Source: Takakia lepidozioides (Eukaryota; Plantae; Bryophyta). From it: a stretch of 64,000 nt of DNA. A model generated the notes under the pieces. The model was given only the letters and a program-made list of their open reading frames with translations, did no database searches and was not told the origin of the DNA. Positions 26,105 through 39,969 of this stretch are shown here, in pieces. How positions within the stretch are numbered: the first letter of the stretch is position 1; each line of letters opens with the position of its first letter. The position numbers and the translations under genes were made by a program. The DNA lies in assembly GCA_030704615.1 (NCBI GenBank), contig CM060731.1:39556001-39620000 (forward strand), given 5' to 3'.

Positions 26105-29100
26105 CTATGTGGCACCCTCTGTCCAGGTCTGCGAAAGACTACAGGAGAGTGTGGCTGCAGCAAATCCTTTCCCACTAAAAATGGCTGCCTTCAAAACGTT
26201 GTAATTGTCATTCACCGCTTCCCATGCTACTTGAGCGTAAAGATCTCTTGCCTGCAGTCATCCAAGTGCAACAAAGAGCCTCATGAGTATGTGAACTCTT
26301 GCCGAAGCAAGCGTAACTTATGGTGTCACTTGACCCCGAAGAGGTACTGCCTTCTGATGGGAAGGTGGACACCTTTATGACATCCAACACACTTAAGTGG
26401 TATTGAACCCACAACCACTAATGAAATGGTATCATGCCCTAACCACTGGGCTATCTATTGGATGTCACCTCATGAGTACTATGTCGATGTCCTCAGTGGA
26501 AGTCCTCAGCAGAATTAACAGAATCTATAGGCACAGGGAAGTGATGGAATCTGACTTCTTGTGATTTCTTGACGCCTGATGTCACAGCAGCAAAAATGAG
26601 TTCGGGAGCGACAGCCAGACCAGTTCCACTATAGCCTACTGCTCGTCGCTCACCTAGCTTTTTCTCAACCTGCACCCCAAGGACCTCTCCATTAGGCCCT
26701 ACAACCTACTCTGCAATTGCCTCATTGGTGTCACAATCGCAGCCAGGTTAATTCACCTATCTCATACTCATCCCAACTGATGCAATTTACCCTAGCAACA
26801 GAGTGCTTAAGATCAAATTTCTTAACACTATGGGGATTGCTGACTCAAACCTGATGAGGAGGTGGCATGATGTCGAAACAAAGGAGAGCTGTGGGGTAGA
26901 TGTGGCTTGGCACTTTGACAGCCTCAGAAAGTCTCCTCATGCTCTCTACTGCAGATGGATCAAACGCGGCCTGCATAGCATCCCACCCTCTTGGTTCAGT
27001 AGCACATCTCAAGCACAATCACCCCTGCCAGACATCTACCCTCTTCACAAACCAACCAATCTGAACAGCATGCCTGTCTGATATTATGGAGTAGAGATTG
27101 AAGACTTGCTCCACACAAGGCAACAGCCAAGAAAAAGACCCTGTCCAATTTCACACACTCGCTCTCCAGCTTAATTGATGTGTCATGAGTATGCTACCAC
27201 AGCAGATTTCACCCCTGTTGCTCAGACATGCCGCATTCCAATAACAAGGGTGGAATCTGCTACTGTAGTGTCCCCATGGTACAGCTGTGCTCTCTTTCAT
27301 CAACAAAAAAGCAAGAAAAGAGGTTACACTATTATCTCCAAAAATAGAAGCTATCCTATCTGCTGCCACACCTGATTGGCGGGGGAAAGGTGAAGAGGAG
27401 AGGAATGACCAGCAGTAAGTCAGAGCAACTGGAAATCGAGCACAATCCATGTGACCACTCCATAAATCATCATGTCCCAAAATCCAAAGCCCTGGCTACA
27501 GAATAGTGCTTTAGGCATCACCAAAACTGTGCAATGAATAGCACCCTCAAATAACAAACCATCAATTCTAGGCAAATTTCATCTGCCAGACAGAGGGCAG
27601 GAAGGAAGACAAGGTGGTCCAAAGTGTTTACAGGAATCCACTCTTGTGTGACAGGATCAGGACGATCCCGACCACCGCTTGGCGCTATCCAGACAAGCTG
27701 CCCCCCCCTCCTGCACCCCTTCGACATCCACCTCTTCAAACCACAGCCCCTCTGACGGAATGCACATTGTATCATTTGCAACAAATATCAAAAGGAGAAT
27801 CACTTGCAACTGTCTTAAGGACAAGCATGGCTCACTTGAGCAGCATAGCCATTTCTTTCAGAGTACGAGAGTTGGCTTTCTGTTTCATCTCCACAAGCTC
27901 CGGCACATCAGATATATGCTTCCTGGAGTAAACACACAGAAGGTTCCTGCCACACATGACAACTGCATAAGTCACTTTATGGCCAAAGTTCAGCCCATGC
28001 TCACAAGGAGAACAAAGGTCACTAGGAATTACCTGCCCATGCTGAATGGTTTGCAAAAGGGGTCCAGTACTACCCTGTCTCCAGCCACGTAGATCTGAAC
28101 CAAGCATAACCAGGAGTTATGGCTTTGACCAATTCAACAAGCTATTTTTATTGCAGAACATTAGCACAAAGCTCTCGTAAAATCAACAAGTTGACAGCTC
28201 ACCAAGTTCTCCGCCATCGAGCAATGCCTGGACTCGAGCAAAAGCGCAATCACAGCAGGATCTGCTTCTGTCTGATGGTTGGACATGAACAACACATTGT
28301 GGCCCTGCAACCCCAACACGTCTCCAACATGTCATTTTCGGCGACTCTGACCTTGTTACCCTTCTGATGCATTGACTAACAGTTTCGTTTCAATCCTATG
28401 CTTGGCAACAGATAAAAGGCTGGATGGGTAGGGATCTCAGCCAGCAGGAACACATCTGATCAAAACCTCATAACCACCTGTGTCAGCAGAGGTGAAGAAG
28501 ATTGTCACCTCATTTAATTGTTGCTGGATTTTGTCCAGGATTGCGACGTTACCCAAATATGAGTTCCTGAGCCAGGCCACTAAATGTCATTCACCTCCTC
28601 AACTGGACAGCCCCCAGTTGCACTGCCCGTTCCTGAAACTATTATAGAAACAGCTACTTGCCATGCCCATTCTGCCCTTGTGTATGGAGGTGAACCTACA
28701 CACCTGCCTTTAAAGAGTTGCAAAAGTTAACCCACCTGAAGTCTACAAGAGGACGCACATAATTTTGACCAAAGGTGTAGTAGTCAAAAGGCTCCACCAT
28801 TTTCTCATGATATGCCGCAAATGTGAATGGATTCTGCACCCACCTGGATCAGTACTCAAGCACACACAGCACACAGCCTGTTCAAAGTAGTCCATGAATA
28901 AAATATGATGACCCTGGCTTGATTGCCAGAGCGGAGGAGAATACCTCAAACTGCACAAGGATCCTGTCCAATACGGTGGACATGACCTGCACTGCAATAT
29001 CCCTCGCATTCTCCACTCCACTACTCAGCACCTGCTCAATTACCAACCCTGCTTTCAGTTTGCTATCCTTACAAACGACCACATGCCCTGAGATTTGCCT

Positions 29101-31311
29101 CTGGAGGCAAACCCATTTTCAGCAAATGTACTGTCTGCTCTCTTGAGATCTAGAAAGCCAAACACTATGTCCCGACATGCAAATTCCTCCAAAAATGTCA
29201 CCATACTGTTTTGGCAGCAATAATCATTGATAATCTAGTGTCCATAAAGGTTTTCCATCTCATGTTTCCAGCCACCATACTCTCCATCAATTTGATGGAG
29301 CATGAGGAGATTGTGTGATCATCGTTTAACAAGGCAGGCACTTGTGCTACTTACTGCATCTCGATAATTACAGTATAGCTCCACCATGCCATCCCCTCCC
29401 CGTTGAGGCAATCGTCCAGAATCTACCTCCTTTCTGATTGCATTCATCAACTCTGCACCCACCCTTAGAATTAATTTCCATTGCTTTCCACCTGATATGT
29501 AACTGATCAACTAGCCTCCTGGTGACCTACCTTCCACCTGATTGACGAGTCCTTCAATTTCCCAAACCCGAACATCAGACTTTAATCCATGCCTCCAATT
29601 CCATAAGATGTAATTGAACAACAAGCAAAGTACTTGCCGTCCCCTAAGCCCTCCATGTTTCTCCTTAATGATGTATCAATTCCAGTCAGGTAGTGCAATT
29701 GTTATAGGACAAATATCTCCAGCAACCCCTCCAGCATGGCTGCAAGAGTCAAGAGGACCATATACGTTCACAATATTTAGGCACACCCACTGACCACCTC
29801 CAGTTGACCCCAGCACTTTTTTAGGCCACAGGCTCAGTCACTGGAACTCTGTGCAGCCCCTCCTTGCACTTCTATCCCTCTCAGGCAATTTTTTTGTCTT
29901 CCTTTGAACTGTCGAAAAGAGTGCCTAAGCCTCTGCTTGCTAGGGAAGAAATGTAGGGCAATTTTAGGTTAGATCTGCTGCTGTGCTGAAGGCCTTTACA
30001 GATAATATCTGAACTGATGTTATTTTAAGGTGTCCACTCATGCAAGAGCGGACATTCTGCAAATTTGGTGGCTTGACTGATTGCCAGGTTGTGTCTGGGT
30101 TTTGTTGGGCTAAGTTGGTGGTTTTGTTTTTATTTCAAAGCTATCAAGACCGGGCTATGGGGATAAAGGAAGCCGGTGAAGTTGGAGTGCTACTTCAAAA
30201 CCAATTGACCAAGCAAGAGGACGTCTACCACTACGATGTACAACAATTTGAAACATTCTGCGTTGAAACATTCTCGCTGGATATCTGAAGGTCCTTTTCT
30301 CTTGTGTGTGCTTTATACAGGGGTTCGTATATTGGTCAGTGGGAATCCGGAGGCACCCGTGCCGAAAAAGATTTCCAAAGACATAATGAACTAACTCCGT
30401 AGTACTTACGGGGTCAAAGAATTTAGAGGAAAGCATGGCGCCTATGATAGGGAAGAGCTTATTCAGCAGTGGACCACTCAATTTCAACGACCAAGTGTTT
30501 CCAGTATTCCTCGATGATGAAGGCGGCCTTCCTTGGGGTTAGTCAGTGCGGAAAGGATTAAGGGTTTTGTCCTTGTCATGCATAATGACACCAATTCCTG
30601 ACATGGATTTGTGGTTGTCTTGGGGGTTTGGTGTGACGGCCTGGAGATCGTAGGAAACACTTGGCTGTTGAAAATGAGAGGACCACTGGTGAACAGACTC
30701 TTCTCCCCATCCTAAGCACTATGCTTTCCCCTAAATTTTTTACCTCTGTAAGTAAGGTGAGGCTTGTTCATAATGTCTGTAGAATTTTCTTGGGCACGAG
30801 AGATGAACAACCTTTGAAATCATGCCCTCTCCACCTCCATTGAGACACTGGGGAGTGGGGCAGGAAGCGAGGGAGGTGGGTAAGGCATTTCGAGGAGGCA
30901 TGGAGCAATCACGGGCCAACGAACACCTCTCTCTCTCTCTCTCCCACCCATACAGAAACTAAAAGCACACTGCTCACCTTTTTCTGTACGGACGCCCTCA
31001 AAGCTCAGGGAATGACGATTCCCCATCTCGTCATTCTCATCCACATCCCGCAGGCATGCTGTGGCGGCCTCAGCAATCTCAGCAACAGCCCGGATGCCCA
31101 ACCTCTTCCTCAGTGACCTGGTGCTTCCAGAACACCACTCCGCCTCCCTGAGCCCGTCCGCAGCAACCTTCAGCGAACCCAACAATTGCACCGACACCGA
31201 CGCCAGACTGGACACCCGCGGGTGCTGTAATCGGGGCCACTGCCTCACCGACGCTTCACAGCTCCCTCCAGCATGCCGCGCAGGACATGCTTGAAAGAGC
31301 GCTACCGCCAT
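26105..31311 (-). CDS. ATS1: Plastid glycerol-3-phosphate acyltransferase (GPAT), 12 exons, 469 aa
   Basis: Exons 31311-30978, 29452-29355, 29031-28945, 28833-28736, 28566-28509, 28304-28203, 28094-28033, 27946-27836, 27710-27632, 26970-26851, 26669-26556, 26251-26105; all introns GT-AG and phase-consistent (1410 nt); motifs [20 protein letters not shown] (HX4D), [44 protein letters not shown]; transit-peptide-like N-terminus. Confidence 0.96.
26290..26467 (-). mobile_element. tRNA-derived SINE in GPAT intron 11
   Basis: A box TAGCCCAGTGG, B box GGGTTCAATACC; body shares GACACCATAAGTTACGCT with the 20372-20608 copy; 11-bp TSD CCTCATGAGTA at 26279-26289 and 26468-26478. Confidence 0.82.
30353..30804. 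repeat. Long imperfect inverted repeat in GPAT intron 1
   Basis: Arms about 30353-30502 and 30653-30804, e.g. TTTCAACGACCAAGTGTTTCC versus GGAAACACTTGGCTGTTGAAA. Confidence 0.8.
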
Positions 31312-32820
31312 CGCCCTCAATGCTCTCTCCACAAACCCCCCAACTACACCAACCACCACCAGATCAATCAATCTCCCTCTTCCTCCTCCTTCCCAATCCT
31401 CTGCCAAATCCTCCCAGCAACCAAACCCTCCCCCCAAATCCTTCTCACAACCTAGTTTAGTTCCATGATCCAGCACACCATTGCCGTCCCCAAGATTGCA
31501 ATGGAGCTTCGTCAATCCGTCCAGCACCGGATAGCCTCGGGAAAGGGAAGCCGACAGAGAAGCCAATGAATGGCAGGAGAGCAGGAGGCCCCGTGCACGT
31601 GGCACTGCACCATAGCCAGGCTCTGTGAAGCTCAGATAAGCTCCGTCCCCACCGTCATACCTCCATCACCCTAACCGTCCCTCCCGTGTTCAAATCTCTC
31701 TCTCTCTCTCTCTCTCTCCCTCTCCTTCCCCTCCTTCTTCCTGGGGCCCGTTGGAAGCATCTTCTATTTGTGTCCACTTTTTTTTTTCTCCCAATGACTT
31801 TGATCTCATCGACCCAGCATATGCAAATGTCAAATGTCGGTGTCGATATGGGGGCGCATGTTGGGGCCCTATCGTCCTATCCTGCACCTCTTGCCGACCC
31901 AGAGACCATCAAATTGTCGTCCACAACATCAGTTCGGATGCATTTGGATCAAACGCAATTTCGACAGAAATTTTAATAATATTGGAAATTGATTTTGCGA
32001 AATTAAATAACTTTGTGAAGGATAATAAAGCATCTTTAGGAATATTCCATATGCTGAAATGAAATTCTCAAGATGAAATAAATATTCGACAGATGATTGT
32101 TGAACTTGCCAAGGTACTCCGGTATAAGTTGTTTCAGCATTTGCCTGCGGCATATCAACAACCATTCAAAAGCAGCAACCTTACTGGGACGAACGACTAA
32201 TTGGAACCTCCAGTAGAATATGAAACTCGGTTGGAAATAGTGAGCGGCGTTTTCCTTTTCTGGAAAAGAATCGCCAGATTTCGACCTGGAAAATGGGTCA
32301 GCTACTTGTCCAAAGCATTGCGGGGTAACTTAAGTGACGAAAAATTTGCAAGATGGAAGCGCCAGTAGTTGAGTATCAGGAGCCTAATTCTTGCCTACGT
32401 GGACCCATTAAAACGTACCACCTGTCATATCAACTTTTCAACCCTGCCACCTCGTTATTCTCGCCACATGGCGCTGGGCAGAATTCACGTGAGGCCCCCC
32501 CAGTCCATTTTGGTCAAATGAAAGAAAAATGAGATAAAAAAGAAAACACATTGATAGTGATGGTTACTAGGTACAAGTTACAAGCCGTTGATGCAACAAC
32601 AGTCTTTAACATATGGATATTTTCTAATATTACATATTACTACTAAAAATGGAGACTTTCATACCAAGATGGTGTACTTTTTGGCCATTTTTGGTACCCT
32701 TCTGCACTAAAATCAGTGTTACTACAGTACTTCCCAACATTCATCCCACTGATTTTCTAAAACTTGACCCATATATTTTAATATAGTGGTGTAATTACTG
32801 ACTAGGACCGTGTGAAGTCT

Positions 32821-33443
32821 TGATTCCGGCGCTATGGGTTTGTTCCCCTTCCTCTACCGGACTTAATCCTATCTGGGGAATGTAGTTGATAGATGGGCCT
32901 CGCAGAGAAGACGGAATCTCACGAAGAGGACGCAACTGACTCGGACTTCCAAAACACATTCATCCACACACTCAAGCACACCGTTATACCCAGCGTACAC
33001 TCGCGTAAGACCCAAAAAGCCACCACCCTCACTCCCGCGGCAGTGAGGCTTAAATAGTATTAGGTCATAATCTAATCCTAGTGCCGCGTGGCACTTACAT
33101 ATAGGCCCACCAGATGCCCTTCCAGCATAGCCATAGAAAGAAGCCAAATCACCCAGATCCATCCTAATCTAGTCCTAAACTAGCTGTTAGAATAAGACAG
33201 CACCTAATAAAGTCATCAGCAGTTGCCAGCTCATCCTCATGCGCAAGGTGTAAGTTCATCCAGACTTCATCCTGAAACGTTGTAACGGGGAGAGGGTGAG
33301 ATTTAACACCTCCTCCATGGAGGTGTTAAATCTCGGTCAACAATTAAAAATCGGGTAGTGTCCATCCCTAAATCATCCGGAGCGCATCCCTCCTCCATTC
33401 ATCCATGTCGAAAAGGAAGGCGAGAAGGAATCCCAGCTCCACA
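32821..33443 (-). mobile_element. LTR of Gypsy element C (3' copy)
   Basis: Inverted high-identity copy of 38254-38797 with TG...CA ends; extra insertion of about 85 bp at 33275-33359; no clear PPT. Confidence 0.88.
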
Positions 33444-33784
33444 TATGTGAAGTCTGCTGGGGCCACAAGAAACTGCGAGCTCCTGCGAGTGATGAGCTCA
33501 GGAAGAACAAAAACGAAGCCTAGCCAAAACAAACTACACACCCGGCACACAAGGGATGAAAAAACCTAGGGAAGAAAACCTCACCCTGCAAGCTGGGTGG
33601 AGGACAAAACATCCCATAAGAAAAACCCCAAGTGCTACAATTGGTGCAGAAAACTAGCACGAAATTCAAAAACTACTCTAAAGAAGAAGATGCCATGGTA
33701 TGAATACGAGCTGTCCGAGCTGTGGGGGTGAAGGTCACCTGACGGTTCTCAACATTCAAACAGGTTAGATCAAAAGTAAGAGTG

Positions 33785-36700
33785 CATGGAACAAGCAATG
33801 AAACATGAATGGAGCTAGCTAAGTGAGGAGTAGAGACATGTTGGGGGAGCAAGACATACTGCCTGCTAGGAAGAATATCAGAGATAAGGTAAGGGCCATC
33901 AATTCTACGTTTGGCCTTAGAGATCTATTTACCAGGCTGGAGCCTAACACAAACAGATTGGCCTACCTTGAATGACTCAGAATACACAACACGTCTGTTG
34001 TAATTCTTGGCCTGAGCAGCTTGGGCAAACACAATGTTATATTTTGCAGTTTCACGCAAACTACGTCGTCTAGCATCAATGGAAAGCAAAAAGACTTCCC
34101 ATTCTCAGGCTCAGTTGCGGATACCTGCAGCCAGAAGATATCCAAAGGAGTTTTACATTTCCTACCATACAAAAGTTCAAAAGGTGAGATTTTGGTACTG
34201 GCATGGATAAAAGTCTTATAGGCAAAGAGCAGAATAGGCACAACAATATCTCATTCATCAAAGAGTGTTCCATTCTTCTCGAGAATCTGGCATCTAGTTT
34301 TGTTAAATCGTTCTGTCAAACCATTGCATTGGGGATTGTAGGGAGCAGTAACGACATGCTTAGTGTTGAGATTAAACAAGACAATCTCCATAAGTTGGTT
34401 GCAGAACTCTGTACCTTGATCCGTGAGGATCTCAAGAGGGCAACCATGACGAAGTATCACCTTATCAAAGAAGAACTGCACCACCTCATCATTATCCTTA
34501 GCAACCAGAGGTCGGAACTCAACTCATTTTGTCAGGTAGTCCATAGCAACCGCAAGGTATGCATGGCCCTTGGACGTGGATTTAAGGGGTCCGACTAGAT
34601 CTAAGCCAACCCTGGCAAATGGTTCAGTCACCGGGATTGGCTGCAAAGGTAAGGGAGCTTTGGTCCTAGGTAGGATGGTTTTAGCATGACATGGCACACA
34701 TCTTGCAATGAAAGCTGAGACATCTTTAACTAAGCCTTTCCAGTGATACTACTCATGTAATCTCTTGACTGTTTTAGCAACCCCCAAATGGCCAGCATAA
34801 GTAGAAGCATGGTACAATTTGAGCAAAGCAGGGACATCGGACCTAGAAGGGACTTCCACAGCAGAGGTACCTTCCAAAGCAGTGACTCTGAACAATCTCC
34901 CTTCACTTTTCCGATGGCTGGGTAAGTGATAGTTGACTTGCCTCATGAGCAGCTTGGATATGCCACTAAGGTGGGTGCCGGTTTTGCACCTATGGAGAAG
35001 AACGTCGTATAATGGATCATCCATGCCTACATCACTCATGGCCACACAACAACAGGTTAGTGCAGGCGAGAAGAAAGTGACAGCCCCCGTTCTCTTCCTT
35101 TCGTAATCCCGACTTCATTTTCAGTTGGCTGCCTATGAGGAGGCAAGCAGGCTGTAAGGCGCAGCTCAGTCCCTTGGTCGGGATACAAACCAAGGAGGGC
35201 GCAAGACAAGATGAGCAGTTCTAAGGTAAGGGAAAGTACCAGACCCTTCTGCAGGATACCAGACTAGAATTCATGCCAATTCCACAGGAAAGTCAACCAA
35301 CATCAAACTGAAGTAGATCCCAAGTGTCAAGCAGATCTGGAGGAATATAAGGATAGTCCAGCAAATGATACAAGGCATAGGGATCAGAAACAGGCACAAC
35401 AAGTGGTGTAGAGCATGCAGCATGAAGGACCAGGTCATTTAAAGTAGTGTAAGGTTCAGGGATTTTGGGTTCACTCGAGTCAAAGCATCTGCATTAACAT
35501 TATCCTTCCCACGCTTGTAGGAGACGGTGAAATCATAGTCTTGCAATATTAGAGCCCACCGAGCTAATATGCCAGTGAGTTCATGAGGAGTTAGCAAGGC
35601 TTTCAAAGGTAGATGATAAGTTTCAATGGTAAAATGACAGCCTCGTAAATACTGCCTAAAATATTTGACTCCAAAGACAACTGCAAGGCCTTCCTTGTCA
35701 ATGATAGAGTAATTACGCTCATGTTTATCAAGTCGGCGGGAGGCGTAGGCAATGGCATGCTCAGGATAAGCAAGCACATGAGCAGAGGTTAGTGCAATTT
35801 TGAGCTTCTCAGAGGCGGATGTTTGAGCAGTACCCCATACAAAACGAGCATCCTTGGATAACAAACGAGTGAGTGGAGCAGCTAGTTTGGCAAATTGAAA
35901 AATGAAGCGACGATAGTAAGAACCCAAGCCCAAGAAGGCCTTAACACATGTTTTATCTCTAGGGGTTGGATAGTTCCACACAGCTTGGATCTTAGTTGGG
36001 TCAGGACTGATGCTAGCAGCAGAAGCAGATGGCCCAAGAAATGGAACTGCTCATACAAAAATCACACTTCTTGGCTTTAACTTTAAGCCCGGCTGCACGA
36101 AGTTTGCACACAACACGCTGTAAATCCAGCAGATGAGCATCAAACGTTATAGAATAAATGTTGATGTCATCAATGTAAACTAATGCACACTCCCAACAAG
36201 GTTACCTAAAACAATGTCCATAAGGCACTGAAATGTAGCAGTGGCGTTGCAAAGGCCAAAAGGCATTGTTTCAAATTGGAAGAGGCTCATCCTGCAGGTG
36301 AAGGCAGTTTTCTCCTTAGCAGCAACAGTTAAAGGAACTTGCCAAAAGCCAGAGGCTAAATCTAATGAAGAGAAGATAGTGGCCCCATTAAGTTGATCTA
36401 GCGTTTCATTAATGCATGGCAAAGGGTAGACATCTTTATTTGTGATGGCATTTAAACGCCGAAAGTCAACGCAAAAACGGGTTGAGCCATCCTTCTTACC
36501 CACTAAGACAATGGGACTGGCCCAAGGGGATATGGAGGGGGTGATCACACCAGCATCAAGCATCTTGGTAATCTCTTTCTAAATGACTTTGCGCTCACGA
36601 ACACTCTCCCTATAAGCATGTTGTTTGATAGGCTTACCATCCGTGATGATGTCATGATCCAGAAGGGTGGTGCGGCCTAAGTCATGGAGCCCTTTACTAA

Positions 36701-37048
36701 AGATGTCGAGATTGTCATGGAGAAACAGGTGCAGGCGATTAATCTGTTGGGGAGTAAGATGATCACCCACTTTGATATCTTTTAAGACCTGCTGGAAATG
36801 TTGCTCTTGTTCGGGAGTAAGCGTGCCGTTGTCAGTGGAGCCGGAGTGAGAGGCAAATGCCTGGAGTTGGTCAATGGGGGAGTCCACCAGTTCAATATCA
36901 TGAAGACTGAGGCCTTTCTGAACAGAGGCCAACTTAGACAAAGGAGAAGCAGTGAGCCTAGCAAGGACCTGACCCTTGCGGACACTGATGCTGATACGTT
37001 TTGGATTAGCAATCAGTAATCTGACCTCTCCCTTGAATCCCCTGTTTA
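33785..37048 (-). pseudogene. Gypsy element C pol: dUTPase C-terminal half, RT, RNase H, integrase
   Basis: NRGFKGEVRLLIAN; SPWASPIVLVGKKDGSTRFCVDFRRLN; MPFGL; YIDD; AYASRRL..HERNYS; NVNADALTR; YH...AGHLG; TDQGTEF; YNPQCNGLTERFN; GPY. Confidence 0.92.
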
Positions 37049-37966
37049 CCCTCCACTTGGTGTAACCCTCTGAAACCCCGATTTCTCATGTAACTCTGGT
37101 TGGTCCATTTTATACTTAACCACATTTGGACTTAGTCAAATTCCGAGATCAAGTGTGGGTTACACTGACTGTAGTTACACTCCATTCTGTGTAACCCCGA
37201 GTGGAGTTACACACCTCGTCGTGTAACCCGATGTAACCCCGAGTGGAGTTGACACTCTTTCAGTTCCATGTCACTCTCAAGAGAGGGTGGGGAAGATTTG
37301 ACATGCCGAAAACCGGCGTACCATCTTGTCAGAGGTTGCACGTGTGCATTAAGTTCTTACATTATTCCTATTATCTTCCATTTGATTTCTTCATAAAGAA
37401 TTTCCAGAAAATGTTGTTGTCATCTTGGTTTCTGAGAGAAAACCTTCTGGCTCTAGTTAGCTTTTTTTGTCATATGTTGCGGGTGTCATGAAATGTTTGT
37501 TTGCTTGCTTTCCTGCACAATTCAGTTCACTAATGAAAGCAGCTATTCCCCCATTTCTCCATGATGTTGTCTCAATCATCAACAAAGGCAAATGTAATTT
37601 TGATATTTTTCCTCTCTTATGCTTACATTTCCAATTAAGGAGTGTGCTTACCACGCGTAAAGGAACCCTCCTGAACCATATTCTCTCACGAGCGCGTTAC
37701 GGTTTGTAATGCACCCTGACAGTGGGTTAGATTTTTTGTAACCGTAGTCCACATGTATTTTCTTTTTCTTTTTCTCTTAAAAGAGTTTATTTATTTATTT
37801 ATTTATTTTTACCCTACACAAAAGTCTGCAAAAATGGGAGGTTTCCATGATGCCTGGACATTTTTATACCCCTCTGTAAACCTATCAATATGTAGCCCAA
37901 GTTTCATTAAAAAAAAATCAACGAGTGAGAACATACAAGTAGCCAATAGAACAAAAAAACCAACAG

Positions 37967-38230
37967 TCAGTAGCTCAGATGGTAAAGTGCGCTGAGTGCC
38001 ATCCGGATGACCCTGGGGTCAAATGCTGCTACTTGACGGATGTGGTACGCTCTTCTCCCCCTCCCTGTGCAGTGTCGCATCAGAAAGCCTTACGGCGAGG
38101 TTACTGAGAGGTTATTTTCACCTCTCTCTATCAAGGGGCCTGGTTTGTGAGCTGTCGCTCCCAGGTGTTTCCCTTTTCTTCTTTTTTTCTTTAAAAAAAA
38201 AAAAAAAAAAAACAAACAAACAAAAAACAG
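37967..38230 (+). mobile_element. tRNA-derived SINE with a poly(A) tail
   Basis: A box TAGCTCAGATGG (37971), B-box-like GGTCAAATGC, A-rich tail from 38193; its 3' part resembles 14708-14760. Confidence 0.6.
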
Positions 38231-38253
38231 ATAGACCTGCAATTTGGAATGGT

Positions 38254-38797
38254 TGCGGAGCTAGGATTCCTTCTCGCCTTCATTTTCGACGTGGATGAAT
38301 GGAGGAGGGATGCGCTCCGGATAATTTAGGGATGGACGGAGCCAGGATGAAGTCTGGATGAACTTAAACCTTGCGCATGAGGATGAGCTAGCAACAACTG
38401 ATGACTTTACTAGGTGTTGTCTTATTCTAACAGCTAGTTTAGAATTTAGATTAGGATAGATCTGGGTGATCTGGCTTTTTTCTATGGCTATGCTGGAAGG
38501 GCATCTGGTGGGCCTATATGTAAGTGCCACGTGGCACTAGGATTAGATTATGACCTAATATTATTTAAGCCTCACTGCCGTGGCAGTGAGGGTGGTGGCT
38601 TTTTGGGTCTTACGCGAGTGTACGCTGGGTGTAACGGTGTGCTTGAGTATGTGGATGAATGTGCTTTGGAAGTCCGAGTCAGTTGCATCCTCTTCGTGAG
38701 ATTCTGTCTTCTCTGCCAGGCCCATCTATCGACTACATTCCCCAGATAGGATTAAGTCCGGTAGAGGAAGGGGAACAAAACCATAGCGCCGGAATCA
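38254..38797 (+). mobile_element. 5' LTR of Gypsy element C
   Basis: TG...CA; directly followed by a PBS; matches 32821-33443. Confidence 0.9.
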
Positions 38798-38813
38798 TGG
38801 TGGAGATGCGGGG
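38798..38813 (+). promoter_or_regulatory. Primer-binding site, tRNA-Ala-like
   Basis: TGGTGGAGATGCGGGG, complementary to a tRNA 3' end ...CCCGCATCTCCACCA. Confidence 0.8.
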
Positions 38814-38936
38814 TAACTAAAAATCGTTGACGGAGGATTTAGCTCGTACGAAACACCTGAGAACAGTAGATTGTGTACGGGGAATCCTGCATGATTGCGG
38901 GGAGAGGTAGTGGCAAAATGGCGGCTTGTGTGTCGC

Positions 38937-38940
<4 letters not shown>

Positions 38941-38982
<42 letters not shown>
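38941..38982. repeat. (AG)n microsatellite
   Basis: Direct observation. Confidence 0.97.
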
Positions 38983-38987
<5 letters not shown>

Positions 38988-39969
38988 CTGCTCGAGCTTT
39001 TCTGTGTTTTGAGAGTTTTGCAAGTGAGCACTTTGGCTTCCAGTTCTGAGCGTGGTTGGTTTGAGCTTGATCAATTCGAGGTCTCGCGCTTGAAACAGAC
39101 TCATGCGTTGGAATCTCGCTACATTTGTGAGTTTGCACACAACCTGTTACCTGAGCAGCTGGTGTTTGTCGATTACCCGGAGGGAGAACCTATTCCACGG
39201 CCTGAGCTCCCGCTGGACACGCCCTCGGAGTTTTGGGCCAAGACCTTTGAGGAAACTGCGTGCAAAAAAACTTGCAAACCCATACACACCAAAGCGGAGC
39301 AGAGGGAGCAGAGCCGGCGCATTCGCGAGTCTCTTCAGGGAGCCTACGCCGCACGCCTTCTCCTCAAGCTTCATTCCAGGGAAGTCACTCTACAAATTCC
39401 CCTTGCTAGTGCCAATGAGCAGTTGGAGAGTGGTGAGAAACTTAGTTGGGCTGTCTTGGGCATTCCACAATTCTCTGTGAGTTGAGAATTGGGTGTAGAG
39501 CTTGAGAGCTTCCTGCCTCCTGACAGGCCAAGCCCTCTACGATTGTGGGAACTGGTTAAAGGAGGTACATCGATTCTGCTTGCTAATTTAAGGCCTCGAG
39601 TTCCGCCAGCCCCTACCCGGGATCCCACTTGGGAATAGCTCATCACTGGTATTTCCGATTCTGAGTTCCCTTTTTGTCCCAGTGATGTGTTGATCTTTCC
39701 GGGGGGTGTTTTCGGCGTGAAACAGTAGGTCTCTACAAGGCTGAGGAAGCCAAGGCATATCCTGCCCATACGCTGTTGGTGAAGAAAAAGGTGGTACGCA
39801 GCATCGTGCGCGTGACTTTTTGGCTCAAGGGTGAAGAGGAACTGTGGGCATTCTTGGGAGAAGGAGTGTACCTGCTGCACAAACATCGCTTCATCACATC
39901 CCATTGTGTGTCTGGGTGGGATTCGAACTCAGTGCCCCTGCGGACAGGTAGCCGTGTACTCCTCTTCTC

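Noticed and set aside
26390-26460. tRNA genes (also about 20530-20600, 37967, 48374, 63458)
   Set aside because: A and B boxes are present but no complete cloverleaf is evident; TSDs or tails in several copies indicate SINEs
30820-31605. 261-aa ORF as a stand-alone gene
   Set aside because: It is GPAT exon 1 read through the 5' UTR and into intron 1
38795-39485. ORFs with RERERE or SLSLSL runs (also 20298-20570 and 55559-55881)
   Set aside because: Translations of AG or TA microsatellites with no domain evidence
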